Source of the DNA: an uncultured Eubacteriales bacterium
Lineage (GTDB): Bacteria; Bacillota; Clostridia; Oscillospirales; Acutalibacteraceae
Length of the DNA: 64,000 bases
Reading direction: 5' to 3'
Assembly (NCBI GenBank): GCA_934486635.1
Contig: CAKSPZ010000003.1
Span: 117,987 to 181,986, forward strand
This document shows positions 38,706 to 48,084 of the stretch, piece after piece. The translations under genes were made by a program, and so were the position numbers. The notes beneath the pieces are model-generated. The model was not told the DNA's origin, did not search any database, and saw only the letters and a list, made by a program, of their open reading frames with translations. Within the stretch, counting starts at the first letter, position 1. Every line of letters begins with the position of its first letter.

Positions 38706-38734
38706 ATTATACATCATTATTTTCTTTTTTGCAA
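38706..38734 (-). promoter_or_regulatory. Sigma-A type promoter (TTGCAA-17-TATAAT) for the manC operon
   Basis: Minus-strand TTGCAA at 38729-38734 and TATAAT at 38706-38711 with a 17-nt spacer, about 50 nt upstream of the manC ATG. Confidence 0.55.
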
Positions 38735-38781
38735 ATATAAAAATACCCTTAAATCTACATTAATCGGCATTAGTGACATAT

Positions 38782-39879
38782 TTAATTTTTGTTTAAAACT
38801 TCTCTTTTATTTATAAAGTTAGCAATTAAATTATACATGACTACAAAGGCTGGAACTCCTAAAATCATTCCTGGAATACCAAACATCCCACCACCTAATA
38901 TTACACTAAACATTATAAATATCGCCGAAATTCCAATTGAACTACCAAGGATTTTAGGACCAATAATATTTCCGTCTATTTGTTGCAGTATAAGTATAAA
39001 CAAAGCAAACCAAAGTGCTTTAACAGGATCTACAACAAGTAATATAATTATACTTGGAATAGCTCCTAAAAACGGTCCAAAAAATGGAATAATATTGGTC
39101 AACCCTACTATTACGCTAATTAATAAAGAATATGGTATTGATAAAATAGTTGTACCTATAAAACATAGTATACCAATAATAAATGAATCTATAATCTTGC
39201 CAACAATAAACTTACCAAAAACATTATGAGACATATCAATAATATTTATCGCATTTATATATATTGATTTGCTTAAACACACTTTTGAAATTTTATTTAA
39301 TTTAAATATTAAATCATCTTTATTAAAAATAAGATAAAAAGATACAATAATTCCTATTACCCAATTGTAAGTTTTTAAAGCAAAATTTTTCATAAAGTCA
39401 AATATTCTTATTATAAAAGACTCATCACTGACAAACGTTATTATCTTTTCTATTATTTTTTCAATTTGAGCAAAGTTATTTATATGTAAAACTGAAACTA
39501 TGTTTTCAGAAAATGTTTTAAAAGAATTAATATAAATATTTGAATTTGCAACCAGTTGATTTATACTAATTAAAAGTTGCGGTACAATAATAATAGATAT
39601 AAACGCACAAACTCCAAAAACAAATAAATAAGCTGTAGTTATAGACAATAAACTAATAACTTTTTTATTTTTACATTTTAATTTATTGTATATGTTATCC
39701 TCTAAAAAAGATGCCGGCCAATTTACAATATAAGCTATTGCAAAACCATATATAAATGGCATTAACAAGGATATAACTTTACATATTCCATCCCAAAAAA
39801 TAAATAAATTCTTACATATAAAAAATAATATTATAGCATAGGTAATTAAAAAAAGTTTATCTTTTAGACTTTTATCCAT
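38782..39879 (-). CDS. AI-2E family transporter (PerM/YtvI-like)
   Basis: 8-TM protein with the conserved IPFFGPFLGAIP and QQIDGNIIGPKILG segments of the AI-2E/UPF0118 family. Confidence 0.8.
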   Translation of the reverse strand: MDKSLKDKLFLITYAIILFFICKNLFIFWDGICKVISLLMPFIYGFAIAYIVNWPASFLEDNIYNKLKCKNKKVISLLSITTAYLFVFGVCAFISIIIVPQLLISINQLVANSNIYINSFKTFSENIVSVLHINNFAQIEKIIEKIITFVSDESFIIRIFDFMKNFALKTYNWVIGIIVSFYLIFNKDDLIFKLNKISKVCLSKSIYINAINIIDMSHNVFGKFIVGKIIDSFIIGILCFIGTTILSIPYSLLISVIVGLTNIIPFFGPFLGAIPSIIILLVVDPVKALWFALFILILQQIDGNIIGPKILGSSIGISAIFIMFSVILGGGMFGIPGMILGVPAFVVMYNLIANFINKREVLNKN

Positions 39880-39893
39880 TATAGAATCTCCCT

Positions 39894-40985
39894 TTACAAA
39901 ATTATCAAATCTTTATTTGATTTTGTTAAATTTTCATACCCATTTTTTGTCACAACGACCATATCCTCTATTCTAACACCAAATTTATCTGGAACATATA
40001 TTCCAGGTTCAATTGTTATTACCATACCTTCTTCCAATATTTCGTTCGATTTAGGAGATAAGAATGGATTTTCATGAATATCGAGACCTACACCATGTCC
40101 CAAGGCATGCCCAAAATACCCTTTATATCCATTTTCATTAATAAAATTTCTTGCAACCTTATCAACATTACCACATAAAACGCCTGGTTTTATTAAGGAC
40201 ATTGCTTTATTTTGAGATTTACTTACAATGTTATAAATATTTACTTGTTCTTCAGAAATGTTACCTAATGCTATGGTTCTTGTCATATCACTATGATAAC
40301 CATTATATATAGCTCCCATATCAATAGTTATAAAGTCTCCAGATTCAATGCCCCTATCTGATGGTTCTGCATGTGGTACAGCACTGTTTTTGCCACTTGC
40401 TACTATTAAGTCAAATGATATAGCCTCTGCACCTTCTTTTCGAATTAAAAATTCCAGATTAAATGCAATTTCTTTTTCTGTCATTCCAATTTTTATTAAA
40501 GGCAAAATTTTATTAAATGCCCTTTCTGATATTTCCTGAGCAATTTTTATATTTTTTACCTCTTCATCATTTTTTATCTTTCTTAGTTTATGAATAATAT
40601 CGTCAAGAGTTTTTGTTTTTATTAATGCAACATGGCATTCTTTAAATAACCTTTCAAGTCTTATAACTTCAGCCAAACTTATTCCTTCGTTTTCAATAAG
40701 TATATTTTTTAAATTATGTCTTTTAATTATGGCTGAAATAGTAGTTTTGAAATCAGACAACAAAACAACATTCATGTTTTTTACTTGTTTAACAGCATTA
40801 GCGTAATATCTAAAATCAACAATAAAGTATGACTCTTCTCTAGTAATTAAAATAAGACCCTCCGAAGATTTAAATTCAGAAAAATAAAATCTATTAGTAG
40901 TTGAATAAATAAGTGCTGCATCTATTTTTAAATTATCATCATAATGTGGCATAAGTTTTAAAAAATTTGGTAGTTTGTTGTCCAT
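39894..40985 (-). CDS. Xaa-Pro aminopeptidase/dipeptidase (M24B)
   Basis: Creatinase-like N-terminal domain plus pita-bread fold motifs DMGAIYNGYHSDMTRT, HALGHGVGLDIHE and IEPGIY. Confidence 0.88.
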   Translation of the reverse strand: MDNKLPNFLKLMPHYDDNLKIDAALIYSTTNRFYFSEFKSSEGLILITREESYFIVDFRYYANAVKQVKNMNVVLLSDFKTTISAIIKRHNLKNILIENEGISLAEVIRLERLFKECHVALIKTKTLDDIIHKLRKIKNDEEVKNIKIAQEISERAFNKILPLIKIGMTEKEIAFNLEFLIRKEGAEAISFDLIVASGKNSAVPHAEPSDRGIESGDFITIDMGAIYNGYHSDMTRTIALGNISEEQVNIYNIVSKSQNKAMSLIKPGVLCGNVDKVARNFINENGYKGYFGHALGHGVGLDIHENPFLSPKSNEILEEGMVITIEPGIYVPDKFGVRIEDMVVVTKNGYENLTKSNKDLIIL

Positions 40986-40997
40986 AAAAAAACTCCT

Positions 40998-41429
40998 TTA
41001 CATTATATTGCAAATTGCATCTATTGCTAAAAAATATACGTTCTTTCCAAATCCTGTTATTTGACCTACGCACACCTCAGATATAACTGATTTCTTTCGA
41101 TAATCTTCGCGTGCATAAATGTTTGACATATGTACTTCTATGCATGGTATTCTTACACAAGCTATAGCATCTCTAAGTGCAATACTGTAGTGAGATAAAG
41201 CTCCTGCATTTAATATTATTCCATCATATATATCTTTCGCTTCATGAATTTTATCTATTAAAGCTCCTTCCCAATTTGACTGATAAATTTCACACATAAT
41301 TCCTTTGGATTTAGCTTTTGAGATAATTTGAGAATTAATTTCAGAAGCTGTTTCACTTCCATATACACTTTTTTCTCTTATCCCTATCATATTTAAATTT
41401 GGTCCTAACAATACAAGCAATTTTTTCAT
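40998..41429 (-). CDS. aroQ: Type II 3-dehydroquinate dehydratase
   Basis: 143 aa. LLGPNLNMIGIRE, NAGALSHYSIALRDA and IEVHMSNIYARE motifs. Confidence 0.93.
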   Translation of the reverse strand: MKKLLVLLGPNLNMIGIREKSVYGSETASEINSQIISKAKSKGIMCEIYQSNWEGALIDKIHEAKDIYDGIILNAGALSHYSIALRDAIACVRIPCIEVHMSNIYAREDYRKKSVISEVCVGQITGFGKNVYFLAIDAICNIM

Positions 41430-41430
41430 A

Positions 41431-41946
41431 TTAAAATCTATCCTTCACTTTATACTTTATTACAATTTTAAATGGAATTTCAAAGACTCTTTTTATTTTT
41501 ATACCTATAGGTTCATTTTTATCTTTTGGTGTAACTAACGCGGATTTTATTCCAGATAAATTTGCACCTAATATATCAGTAAAAATTTGGTCTCCAATAA
41601 CCATTGTTTCATGACTATTTGTATTTAAAATATTAAGTGCTTTATTAAAGCCTGAACGAAGCGGTTTTTTAGCTTTATCAATATATTCAAGATTTAATAA
41701 ATTAGAAAAATTTTTTACTCTTTCCCCTTTGTTATTAGATATTATCATAATACGTAATCCATTATTTTTCATATTATTTATCCATTCTTCAACTCCATTA
41801 TTTGGAATTTCAGAGCCATGCGCTGATAAAGTATTATCAATATCTAATAAAAATGCTTTTATTCTGTATTTTTTTATCATTTCCTCTGTTATATCTGTAA
41901 TATCACCAACAGATATAGTCGGTATAAAACTGAACAAATTTTTCAC
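41431..41946 (-). CDS. yqeG: YqeG family HAD-IIIA phosphatase
   Basis: FLLDIDNTL (DxDxT), ISNN and GDQIFTDILGAN motifs. GTG start with a weak RBS. Confidence 0.8.
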   Translation of the reverse strand: MKNLFSFIPTISVGDITDITEEMIKKYRIKAFLLDIDNTLSAHGSEIPNNGVEEWINNMKNNGLRIMIISNNKGERVKNFSNLLNLEYIDKAKKPLRSGFNKALNILNTNSHETMVIGDQIFTDILGANLSGIKSALVTPKDKNEPIGIKIKRVFEIPFKIVIKYKVKDRF

Positions 41947-41961
41947 CCCTGAAAAATGATA

Positions 41962-41989
41962 TTATAAAAGCGGGCAAAAAAGCCCGCCT
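41962..41989 (-). terminator. Rho-independent terminator after rpsU
   Basis: Minus-strand GCGGGC-TTTTTT-GCCCGC hairpin followed by TTTTAT. Confidence 0.6.
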
Positions 41990-42002
41990 TTATAAATTTC
42001 TA

Positions 42003-42176
42003 TTAATATTTACGTTTTCTAGCTGCTTCAGACTTCTTTCTGCGTCTAACTGAAGGTTTTTCATAAGCTTCTCTTTTACGAACCTCAGCAATAACACCAG
42101 CTCTAGTGCATTGTTTTTTAAACCTTCTAAGAGCATTGTCTAAAGACTCATTATCTTTAATTCTAATTTCAGCCAT
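42003..42176 (-). CDS. rpsU: 30S ribosomal protein S21
   Basis: Manual translation (below the ORF-track size cutoff): [57 protein letters not shown], with a GGGAGGG RBS. Confidence 0.93.
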   Translation of the reverse strand: MAEIRIKDNESLDNALRRFKKQCTRAGVIAEVRKREAYEKPSVRRRKKSEAARKRKY

Positions 42177-42232
42177 TTATTTCCCTCCCATCCGCCAAAG
42201 GCAGGGGTATTGTATCCTTAGTTACAAAAAAT

Positions 42233-42262
42233 ATTATACACTAGTATATATAACGATGTCAA
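42233..42262 (-). promoter_or_regulatory. Sigma-A promoter (TTGACA-18-TATAAT) for rpsU
   Basis: Minus-strand TTGACA at 42257-42262 and TATAAT at 42233-42238. Confidence 0.65.
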
Positions 42263-42283
42263 GATATAAGTTATGATTTTACA

Positions 42284-44701
42284 TTACTTTGCAACAATAT
42301 TTACCAATTTACCTTTAACATATATTTCCTTTATTATTTTTTTCCCTTCTAATTCTAAACTTACTTTAGGTTCAGCTTTAGCAAGTAAAATTGCTTCTTC
42401 ATTACTTAAATCAATCGGAATTTTTATTTTTGAACGAATTTTTCCATTCACTTGTGCTGCTATTTCAATAAAAGCATCAACACATTTTTTTTCATCATAA
42501 GATGGCCATTCACTAATACTTGCAAAGCCATTCCCTAAGTTTAAATTTGCCCATACTTCTTCAGTTATATGCGGAGCAAATGGATTCAATAATTTTGTAA
42601 AAATCTTTAGTTCATCAATAGTAATATATCCTGTATCATATATTTCATTGATAAGACTCATTAAACAAGCAATTGCTGTATTAAACTTTAACTCTTCTAT
42701 ATCTTCAGATACTTTTTTTATTGCTTTATTTATTGATACCTCAATTGAACTTCTAATCCCTTTTTCCTCGGAAATTATATTTTGAAGATTCCAATATCTT
42801 TCAATAAACCTACGTGAACCCTTTATTCCTGCCGTACTCCAAGGTGCCGATTTTTCAAAGTCACCGATAAACATTTCATACAAGCGCATAGTATCTGCAC
42901 CATAATCTTTGACAATTTCATCCGGGTTAACTACATTACCCCTTGATTTACTCATTTTCTCATTGTTTTCACCAAGTATCATTCCATGACTGGTTCTTTT
43001 TAAATAAGGTTCTTTAGTCGGTACTACACCTATATCATATAAAAATTTATACCAGAATCTACTGTACAAAAGGTGTAACGTAGTATGCTCCATACCACCA
43101 TTATACCAATTAACCGGCAACCAATAGTCAAGATTTTCTTTACTTGCTAATTCTTTTGAATTAGTAGGATCCGTATATCTTAAGAAATACCAAGATGAGC
43201 CTGCCCATTGAGGCATAGTATCAGTTTCTCTTTTTGCTTTTGCACCACATTTTGGACATGTAGTATTCACAAAACTTTCTATATTTGCAAGTGGTGATTC
43301 CCCTGTTGTTGTCGGTTCGTAGGATTCTACATTAGGCAATTTAAGTGGCAATTCCTCTTCCGGAACAGGAACATATCCACAATTCTCACAATGTATTATG
43401 GGAATTGGTTCTCCCCAATATCTTTGACGTGAAAAAACCCAGTCTCTTAATTTATAGTTTACTTTTGGTTCACCTTTATTATTTTGCTTTAACCATGAAA
43501 TAATTTTTTCTTTAGCTTGTGGCACATCTAAACCATTTAAAATCCCTGAGTTTATCATAATCCCTGTTTGACAATCAGTATAAGCTTCCTTTTCAATATT
43601 TCCGCCTTTTACAACTTCAATAATTGGAAGTGAAAACTTTTTAGCAAATTCATAGTCCCTCTCATCATGAGCAGGTACAGCCATAATTGCTCCCGTTCCA
43701 TACGATACCAATACATAATCAGATATAAATATCGGTATCTTTTTATTATTTACAGGATTAATTGCAAAAATTCCATCTATTTGTACCCCCGTTTTTTCCT
43801 TAACCAACTGAGTACGTTCAAAATCAGATTTTTTTAATGCTTTTTCCTGGTATTTTTTTATTTCATCTATATTTTTTATTTTTTCGTTCCATTTATTTAA
43901 AATCGGATGTTCAGGGGAAATAACCATATATGTAGAACCATATATAGTATCTGGCCTAGTAGTATAAACAGTTATTTCATCATCAGTTGTTGTACTAAAT
44001 TTAATAAGTGCACCTTCAGAGCGCCCAATCCAATTTTTTTGTTGTGCCTTTACTCGTTCAGGATAATCAACTAAATCAAGATCATCAATTAATCTTTGAG
44101 CATATTCAGTTATTTTTAACATCCATTGAGACTTAACTTTATGAACAACTTCACTGCCACATCTTTCACAGACTCCAGCCACAACTTCTTCATTTGCTAA
44201 TACACACTTACATGATGTGCAAAAATTTACAGCCATTTCCTTTTTATAAGCAAGGCCACGTTTGAATAGCTGTAAAAAAATCCATTGTGTCCATTTATAA
44301 TACTCTGGGTCTGTAGTATTAATTTCTCTACTCCAATCAAAAGATAGTCCTAATGATTTTAATTGTCGTTTAAAGTTAGCAATATTTTTTTTAGTTATAG
44401 ATTCCGGGTGCACATGATTCTTTATGGCAAAATTTTCAGCCGGTAACCCAAAGGCATCCCAACCAATAGGAAAAAGTACATTATACCCTTGCATGCGTCT
44501 TTTTCTCGCTATAATATCTATAGCAGTATATCCTCTAGGGTGACCGACATGAAGACCGTTTCCTGAAGGATAAGGAAATTCAACAAGTGCATAAAACTTT
44601 TCTTTATTTTTGTTATTGTCTGCATGAAAAACTTCTTCTTTTTCCCATTTTTCTTGCCATTTACTTTCTATACTACTGTGCTCATATTTCAATTTATTCA
44701 C
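42284..44701 (-). CDS. leuS: Leucine--tRNA ligase
   Basis: 805 aa with GTG start. HIGH-type motif [17 protein letters not shown] motif EKMSKSRGN and the CP1 editing domain region. Confidence 0.97.
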   Translation of the reverse strand: MNKLKYEHSSIESKWQEKWEKEEVFHADNNKNKEKFYALVEFPYPSGNGLHVGHPRGYTAIDIIARKRRMQGYNVLFPIGWDAFGLPAENFAIKNHVHPESITKKNIANFKRQLKSLGLSFDWSREINTTDPEYYKWTQWIFLQLFKRGLAYKKEMAVNFCTSCKCVLANEEVVAGVCERCGSEVVHKVKSQWMLKITEYAQRLIDDLDLVDYPERVKAQQKNWIGRSEGALIKFSTTTDDEITVYTTRPDTIYGSTYMVISPEHPILNKWNEKIKNIDEIKKYQEKALKKSDFERTQLVKEKTGVQIDGIFAINPVNNKKIPIFISDYVLVSYGTGAIMAVPAHDERDYEFAKKFSLPIIEVVKGGNIEKEAYTDCQTGIMINSGILNGLDVPQAKEKIISWLKQNNKGEPKVNYKLRDWVFSRQRYWGEPIPIIHCENCGYVPVPEEELPLKLPNVESYEPTTTGESPLANIESFVNTTCPKCGAKAKRETDTMPQWAGSSWYFLRYTDPTNSKELASKENLDYWLPVNWYNGGMEHTTLHLLYSRFWYKFLYDIGVVPTKEPYLKRTSHGMILGENNEKMSKSRGNVVNPDEIVKDYGADTMRLYEMFIGDFEKSAPWSTAGIKGSRRFIERYWNLQNIISEEKGIRSSIEVSINKAIKKVSEDIEELKFNTAIACLMSLINEIYDTGYITIDELKIFTKLLNPFAPHITEEVWANLNLGNGFASISEWPSYDEKKCVDAFIEIAAQVNGKIRSKIKIPIDLSNEEAILLAKAEPKVSLELEGKKIIKEIYVKGKLVNIVAK

Positions 44702-44720
44702 GTCTCCTTATTAAAAAGAA

Positions 44721-45044
44721 TTATTTATCCATAGCTTCTCCATAAATGTTATAGTATCTTCTTGCATCTTCAGAAAACACGTGAACAATAACATCAGTAT
44801 AATCAATTAATATCCAAGTGTTTGACCTATGACCTTCAATATGATGAGGAATTATATTAAATTCTTTTAATTTTTCTTCCACTTCATCTGCAAGTGCCTT
44901 AACATGGGTACTGCTAGTACCTGTAGCAATCACAATATAATCAGCTAATACATTGTCTTTATCTGCTTTTATTAATTTTATATCTATTCCTTTTTTATCA
45001 TCAAGAACCTCTTGGCACTTTTGAGCTATTTCAAGTGAATTCAT
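44721..45044 (-). CDS. rsfS: Ribosome silencing factor RsfS (iojap-like)
   Basis: 107 aa. DYIVIATGTSSTHVKALADEV and WILIDYTDVIVHVF motifs. Confidence 0.92.
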   Translation of the reverse strand: MNSLEIAQKCQEVLDDKKGIDIKLIKADKDNVLADYIVIATGTSSTHVKALADEVEEKLKEFNIIPHHIEGHRSNTWILIDYTDVIVHVFSEDARRYYNIYGEAMDK

Positions 45045-45059
45045 AAAAAATCCTCCTAA

Positions 45060-45632
45060 TTAAGTTAAAAATTTTACGTTATCATTATATGCATCCAATG
45101 TGTTAGGAGCAATAACCGTCTTCTTTGAAATTAAAAGCTTTATTGAAAAAGCAGCTGCCACACATACCGCCTCATTAAGATTTCTTTCAGCAATGTCCCT
45201 TATCACATATACTTCTTCAAAATCTCTTTCATCTGAAATTAAATCTGCTAAAAAAACTATTTTTTCAAGTAATGACATTGATGCTCTCCCTGTGGTATGA
45301 TATAAAACCGCATTTAAAATATCATTATCTTTTATATTCAACTCTGTTTTTAAATAAGCACTACCAGAAACAGCATGCCAAAGTTTCTTATTATTAAATT
45401 CTATAGGATTTAATTTCATTCCTGCATTATCTATTATCTTTAATTGTTCATTGTCATCAGTCTGCTTTGTAATATCATGCAAAAGTCCGGCTATTTCTGC
45501 TTTATATACATCTGCACCATACTTTTTGGCTAAATAAACAGCCTTTTTTGAAACATTTAAACAATGCTCATATCTTTTCTGTGTCAATTTACTTTTTAAA
45601 ATTCTTTTATACTCTTCTATCATATTCTCCAC
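45060..45632 (-). CDS. yqeK: HD-domain protein YqeK (bis(5'-nucleosyl)-tetraphosphatase-like)
   Basis: RYEHCLNV and LLHDITK HD motifs. Conserved nadD-yqeK-rsfS synteny. The start is ambiguous (GTG 45632 or ATG 45623). Confidence 0.88.
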   Translation of the reverse strand: MENMIEEYKRILKSKLTQKRYEHCLNVSKKAVYLAKKYGADVYKAEIAGLLHDITKQTDDNEQLKIIDNAGMKLNPIEFNNKKLWHAVSGSAYLKTELNIKDNDILNAVLYHTTGRASMSLLEKIVFLADLISDERDFEEVYVIRDIAERNLNEAVCVAAAFSIKLLISKKTVIAPNTLDAYNDNVKFLT

Positions 45633-46226
45633 TCACTTATATAAATTGTTATCTTTTATATACCTTTCTACTTCATCAGAAAGTAAATTTGATACCTGCT
45701 CTCCTAAAAAAACTTTCTCTCTTATTTCTGTAGAAGAAACTTTAAAAGGTTTCGCGTTTAATACTTCAATGGTTGCTCCCAATTTACAAAAATAATCACA
45801 TTTGCTACTAACTTTGTCAATATTATCATCTCGTGGTAAAACACATATTTTTGCTATTTTAAAAATATCATGTGGTCTTTTCCATGATAAAAAAGAAAGA
45901 AACATATCACTACCTAAAAGTAAATAAATTTCATCATTTTTATATTGCTTTTTCATCTCTGTAATAGTGTCAATAGTATAACTTATTGAAGCTTTTTTTA
46001 ATTCTATATCAGATACCTCTATTTTATCATATCCTTTAGTGGCAAGACAACACATATCAAATCTATTTTTATTTGAAACCTCATTAGGAATCGGTTTATG
46101 CGGAGGAATATTATTTGGAATAATCAAAACTTTATCAAAATTTAATTGTTGTATAGCGGACATAACTAAATAAATATGTCCATTATGTATAGGGTTAAAA
46201 GTTCCTCCAAAAAGTGCAATTTTCAT
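45633..46226 (-). CDS. nadD: Nicotinate-nucleotide adenylyltransferase
   Basis: IALFGGTFNPIHNGH nucleotidyltransferase motif and ISSTEIR-like VSSTEIR. Confidence 0.94.
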   Translation of the reverse strand: MKIALFGGTFNPIHNGHIYLVMSAIQQLNFDKVLIIPNNIPPHKPIPNEVSNKNRFDMCCLATKGYDKIEVSDIELKKASISYTIDTITEMKKQYKNDEIYLLLGSDMFLSFLSWKRPHDIFKIAKICVLPRDDNIDKVSSKCDYFCKLGATIEVLNAKPFKVSSTEIREKVFLGEQVSNLLSDEVERYIKDNNLYK

Positions 46227-46228
46227 TT

Positions 46229-46528
46229 TTATTTACTTTTCGGCAATACAATCTTAGGATTCTTACTATTTTTTCTGTATAAAACAAACTTATATCCTAT
46301 TATTTGTACTATTTCTGCATTTGTTTCACTTGCTATAGTAGATGCAATTTTCCTTACATCTTCTTCAGCTGTTTCTAAAACCTTACCCTTAAATATTTCT
46401 CTTGCAGTTAGTGCTTCATCCGCTTGTGTTATAACTTCTTTACTTATTCCGCCTTTACCAACAATTAATATTGTTTCCATAGTGTTTGCAAGAGAACGTA
46501 AATATGCTCTTTGTTTACTTGTAATCAT
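46229..46528 (-). CDS. yhbY: RNA-binding protein YhbY/YqeI (CRM domain)
   Basis: 99 aa. MITSKQRAYLRSLANTMETILIVGKGGIS is typical of the YhbY family. Confidence 0.88.
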   Translation of the reverse strand: MITSKQRAYLRSLANTMETILIVGKGGISKEVITQADEALTAREIFKGKVLETAEEDVRKIASTIASETNAEIVQIIGYKFVLYRKNSKNPKIVLPKSK

Positions 46529-46546
46529 TTAATAGTCTCCTTTATT

Positions 46547-47137
46547 TTAAACCACATTTTCTAAAGCTTTTTTCAATTTTCTTAATGCTTGCCCTCTATG
46601 GCTTATTTTATCTTTTTCTTCCGAAGTCAACTGTGCAAATGTTTTTCCATTTTTAGAAATAAATATTGGGTCATAGCCAAAACCATTATTTCCTATAGGT
46701 TCATAGCCTATTTTGCCATGACATTCTCCTCGCACCAAAATCTCTTTTCCATTTGGAAACATACAACATATTGCTGTTACAAATTTTGCTGTTCTGTTTT
46801 CTTCTGGTATATCTTTTAAATTATTTAAAAGTTTTTCTATTCTTTTACTTTCTGGAGCACCTTCGCCCGCATAACGTGCAGAATAAATACCGGGTTCACC
46901 ATTTAATGCATCTACCATTAAACCTGAATCGTCTCCAATAGCTGGCATATTTGTATTTTCAACAAAAGCCTTTGCTTTTAATTTTGCATTTTCTTCAAAG
47001 GTTGTTCCGGTTTCTTCTATATCAGATAAGCTAACTCCCGCTTCTTTGGCATTTATTACTTCTATTCCAAGTGGAAGTAATATTCTCTTTAGTTCTTTTA
47101 ATTTTTTTTCATTATTACTAGCTAAAATGAATTTCAT
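46547..47137 (-). CDS. rdgB: XTP/dITP diphosphatase (RdgB/HAM1 family)
   Basis: ILASNNEKKLKEL, DDSGL, GFGYDPIF and SHRGQAL motifs. Confidence 0.93.
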   Translation of the reverse strand: MKFILASNNEKKLKELKRILLPLGIEVINAKEAGVSLSDIEETGTTFEENAKLKAKAFVENTNMPAIGDDSGLMVDALNGEPGIYSARYAGEGAPESKRIEKLLNNLKDIPEENRTAKFVTAICCMFPNGKEILVRGECHGKIGYEPIGNNGFGYDPIFISKNGKTFAQLTSEEKDKISHRGQALRKLKKALENVV

Positions 47138-47138
47138 A

Positions 47139-48056
47139 TTATTTCACATCTCTTTCAAACAGTGCTTGTGCAAAACTTTTGGCATCAAAAGGTTGTAAGT
47201 CATCTATTTGCTCACCAACACCTATATATTTAACTGGTAAACCAAGTTCTTCTTTTACTGCTAGCACTACACCGCCTTTTGCAGTTCCATCAAGTTTAGT
47301 CAAAATAATTCCTGTAATACCTGCAGCTTTTTTAAATTCTTTTGCTTGATTTATTGCATTTTGCCCTGTAGTAGCATCAAGTACTAATAAAAATTCAACA
47401 TCTGCATCAGGAAGCTCTCTAGTGATTACTCTACTTATTTTTGATAATTCATCCATAAGATATTTTTTATTATGAAGTCTTCCTGCAGTATCACATATTA
47501 TAACATCACAGTTTCTTGCCTTAGCCGCAGATATGGTATCAAAAACAACTGCTGCTGGGTCTGAACCTTCTTTTTGTTTTACGATGTCTACATTAGCTCT
47601 ATTTGCCCATATTTCAAGTTGATCTATAGCAGCAGCTCTAAATGTATCTGCAGCTCCCAATATAACTTTTTTTCCATCATTTTTTAATTGAGCTGCCAAT
47701 TTTCCAATAGTCGTTGTTTTTCCTACTCCGTTTACCCCTATAACCAAAATAATAGATGGCTTAGTTTTAAGATTTAATTTTTCTGAATCTGTTAACATTT
47801 CTTCTACTGTTTTCTTTAAAAGATCATATATCAAAGACGGATCTTTTAATCCTTCTTTTTTTACTTTATCTTTTAAATTTTCACATATTTTTTGAGAAGT
47901 AATTACTCCTACATCCCCCATTATAAGTAGCTCTTCAAGTTCTTCAAAAAGTTCATCATCAATTTTAGTAAAAGATTTTAACATTGAATCTATTTGCGAT
48001 ACTATATTGTTTTTAGTTTTTTGCAGTCCTTCTTTAAATTTTTTAAAAAGTCCCAT
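47139..48056 (-). CDS. ftsY: Signal recognition particle receptor FtsY
   Basis: NG domain with GVNGVGKTTTIGKLA, DTAGRLHNK and TKLDGTAKGG. Confidence 0.96.
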   Translation of the reverse strand: MGLFKKFKEGLQKTKNNIVSQIDSMLKSFTKIDDELFEELEELLIMGDVGVITSQKICENLKDKVKKEGLKDPSLIYDLLKKTVEEMLTDSEKLNLKTKPSIILVIGVNGVGKTTTIGKLAAQLKNDGKKVILGAADTFRAAAIDQLEIWANRANVDIVKQKEGSDPAAVVFDTISAAKARNCDVIICDTAGRLHNKKYLMDELSKISRVITRELPDADVEFLLVLDATTGQNAINQAKEFKKAAGITGIILTKLDGTAKGGVVLAVKEELGLPVKYIGVGEQIDDLQPFDAKSFAQALFERDVK

Positions 48057-48084
48057 TTTTGTCTACTTAGCTCCTTTTATATTT

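Noticed and set aside
30561-38734. Considered whether the recombinase plus the glycosylation operon form a mobile or integrated island
   Set aside because: There is no flanking direct repeat and no tRNA target. There are no transposase, integrase-excisionase or phage genes, and no visible compositional shift from the neighbouring core genes. The recombinase looks like a Xer-type housekeeping or regulatory enzyme. An invertible-promoter arrangement was not evident either.
38789-39229. 146-aa plus-strand ORF inside the AI-2E transporter gene. Similar antisense ORFs occur at 50384-50818 (in smc), 46176-46532, 29683-30018, 5492-5872 and 15385-15723.
   Set aside because: All are embedded antisense to genes with strong family signatures. 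They lack RBSs and have skewed low-complexity composition.
44702-44720. Looked for a T-box leader upstream of leuS
   Set aside because: Only 19 nt separate the rsfS stop from the leuS GTG, which leaves no room for a T-box. leuS is evidently co-transcribed with the yhbY-nadD-yqeK-rsfS unit.
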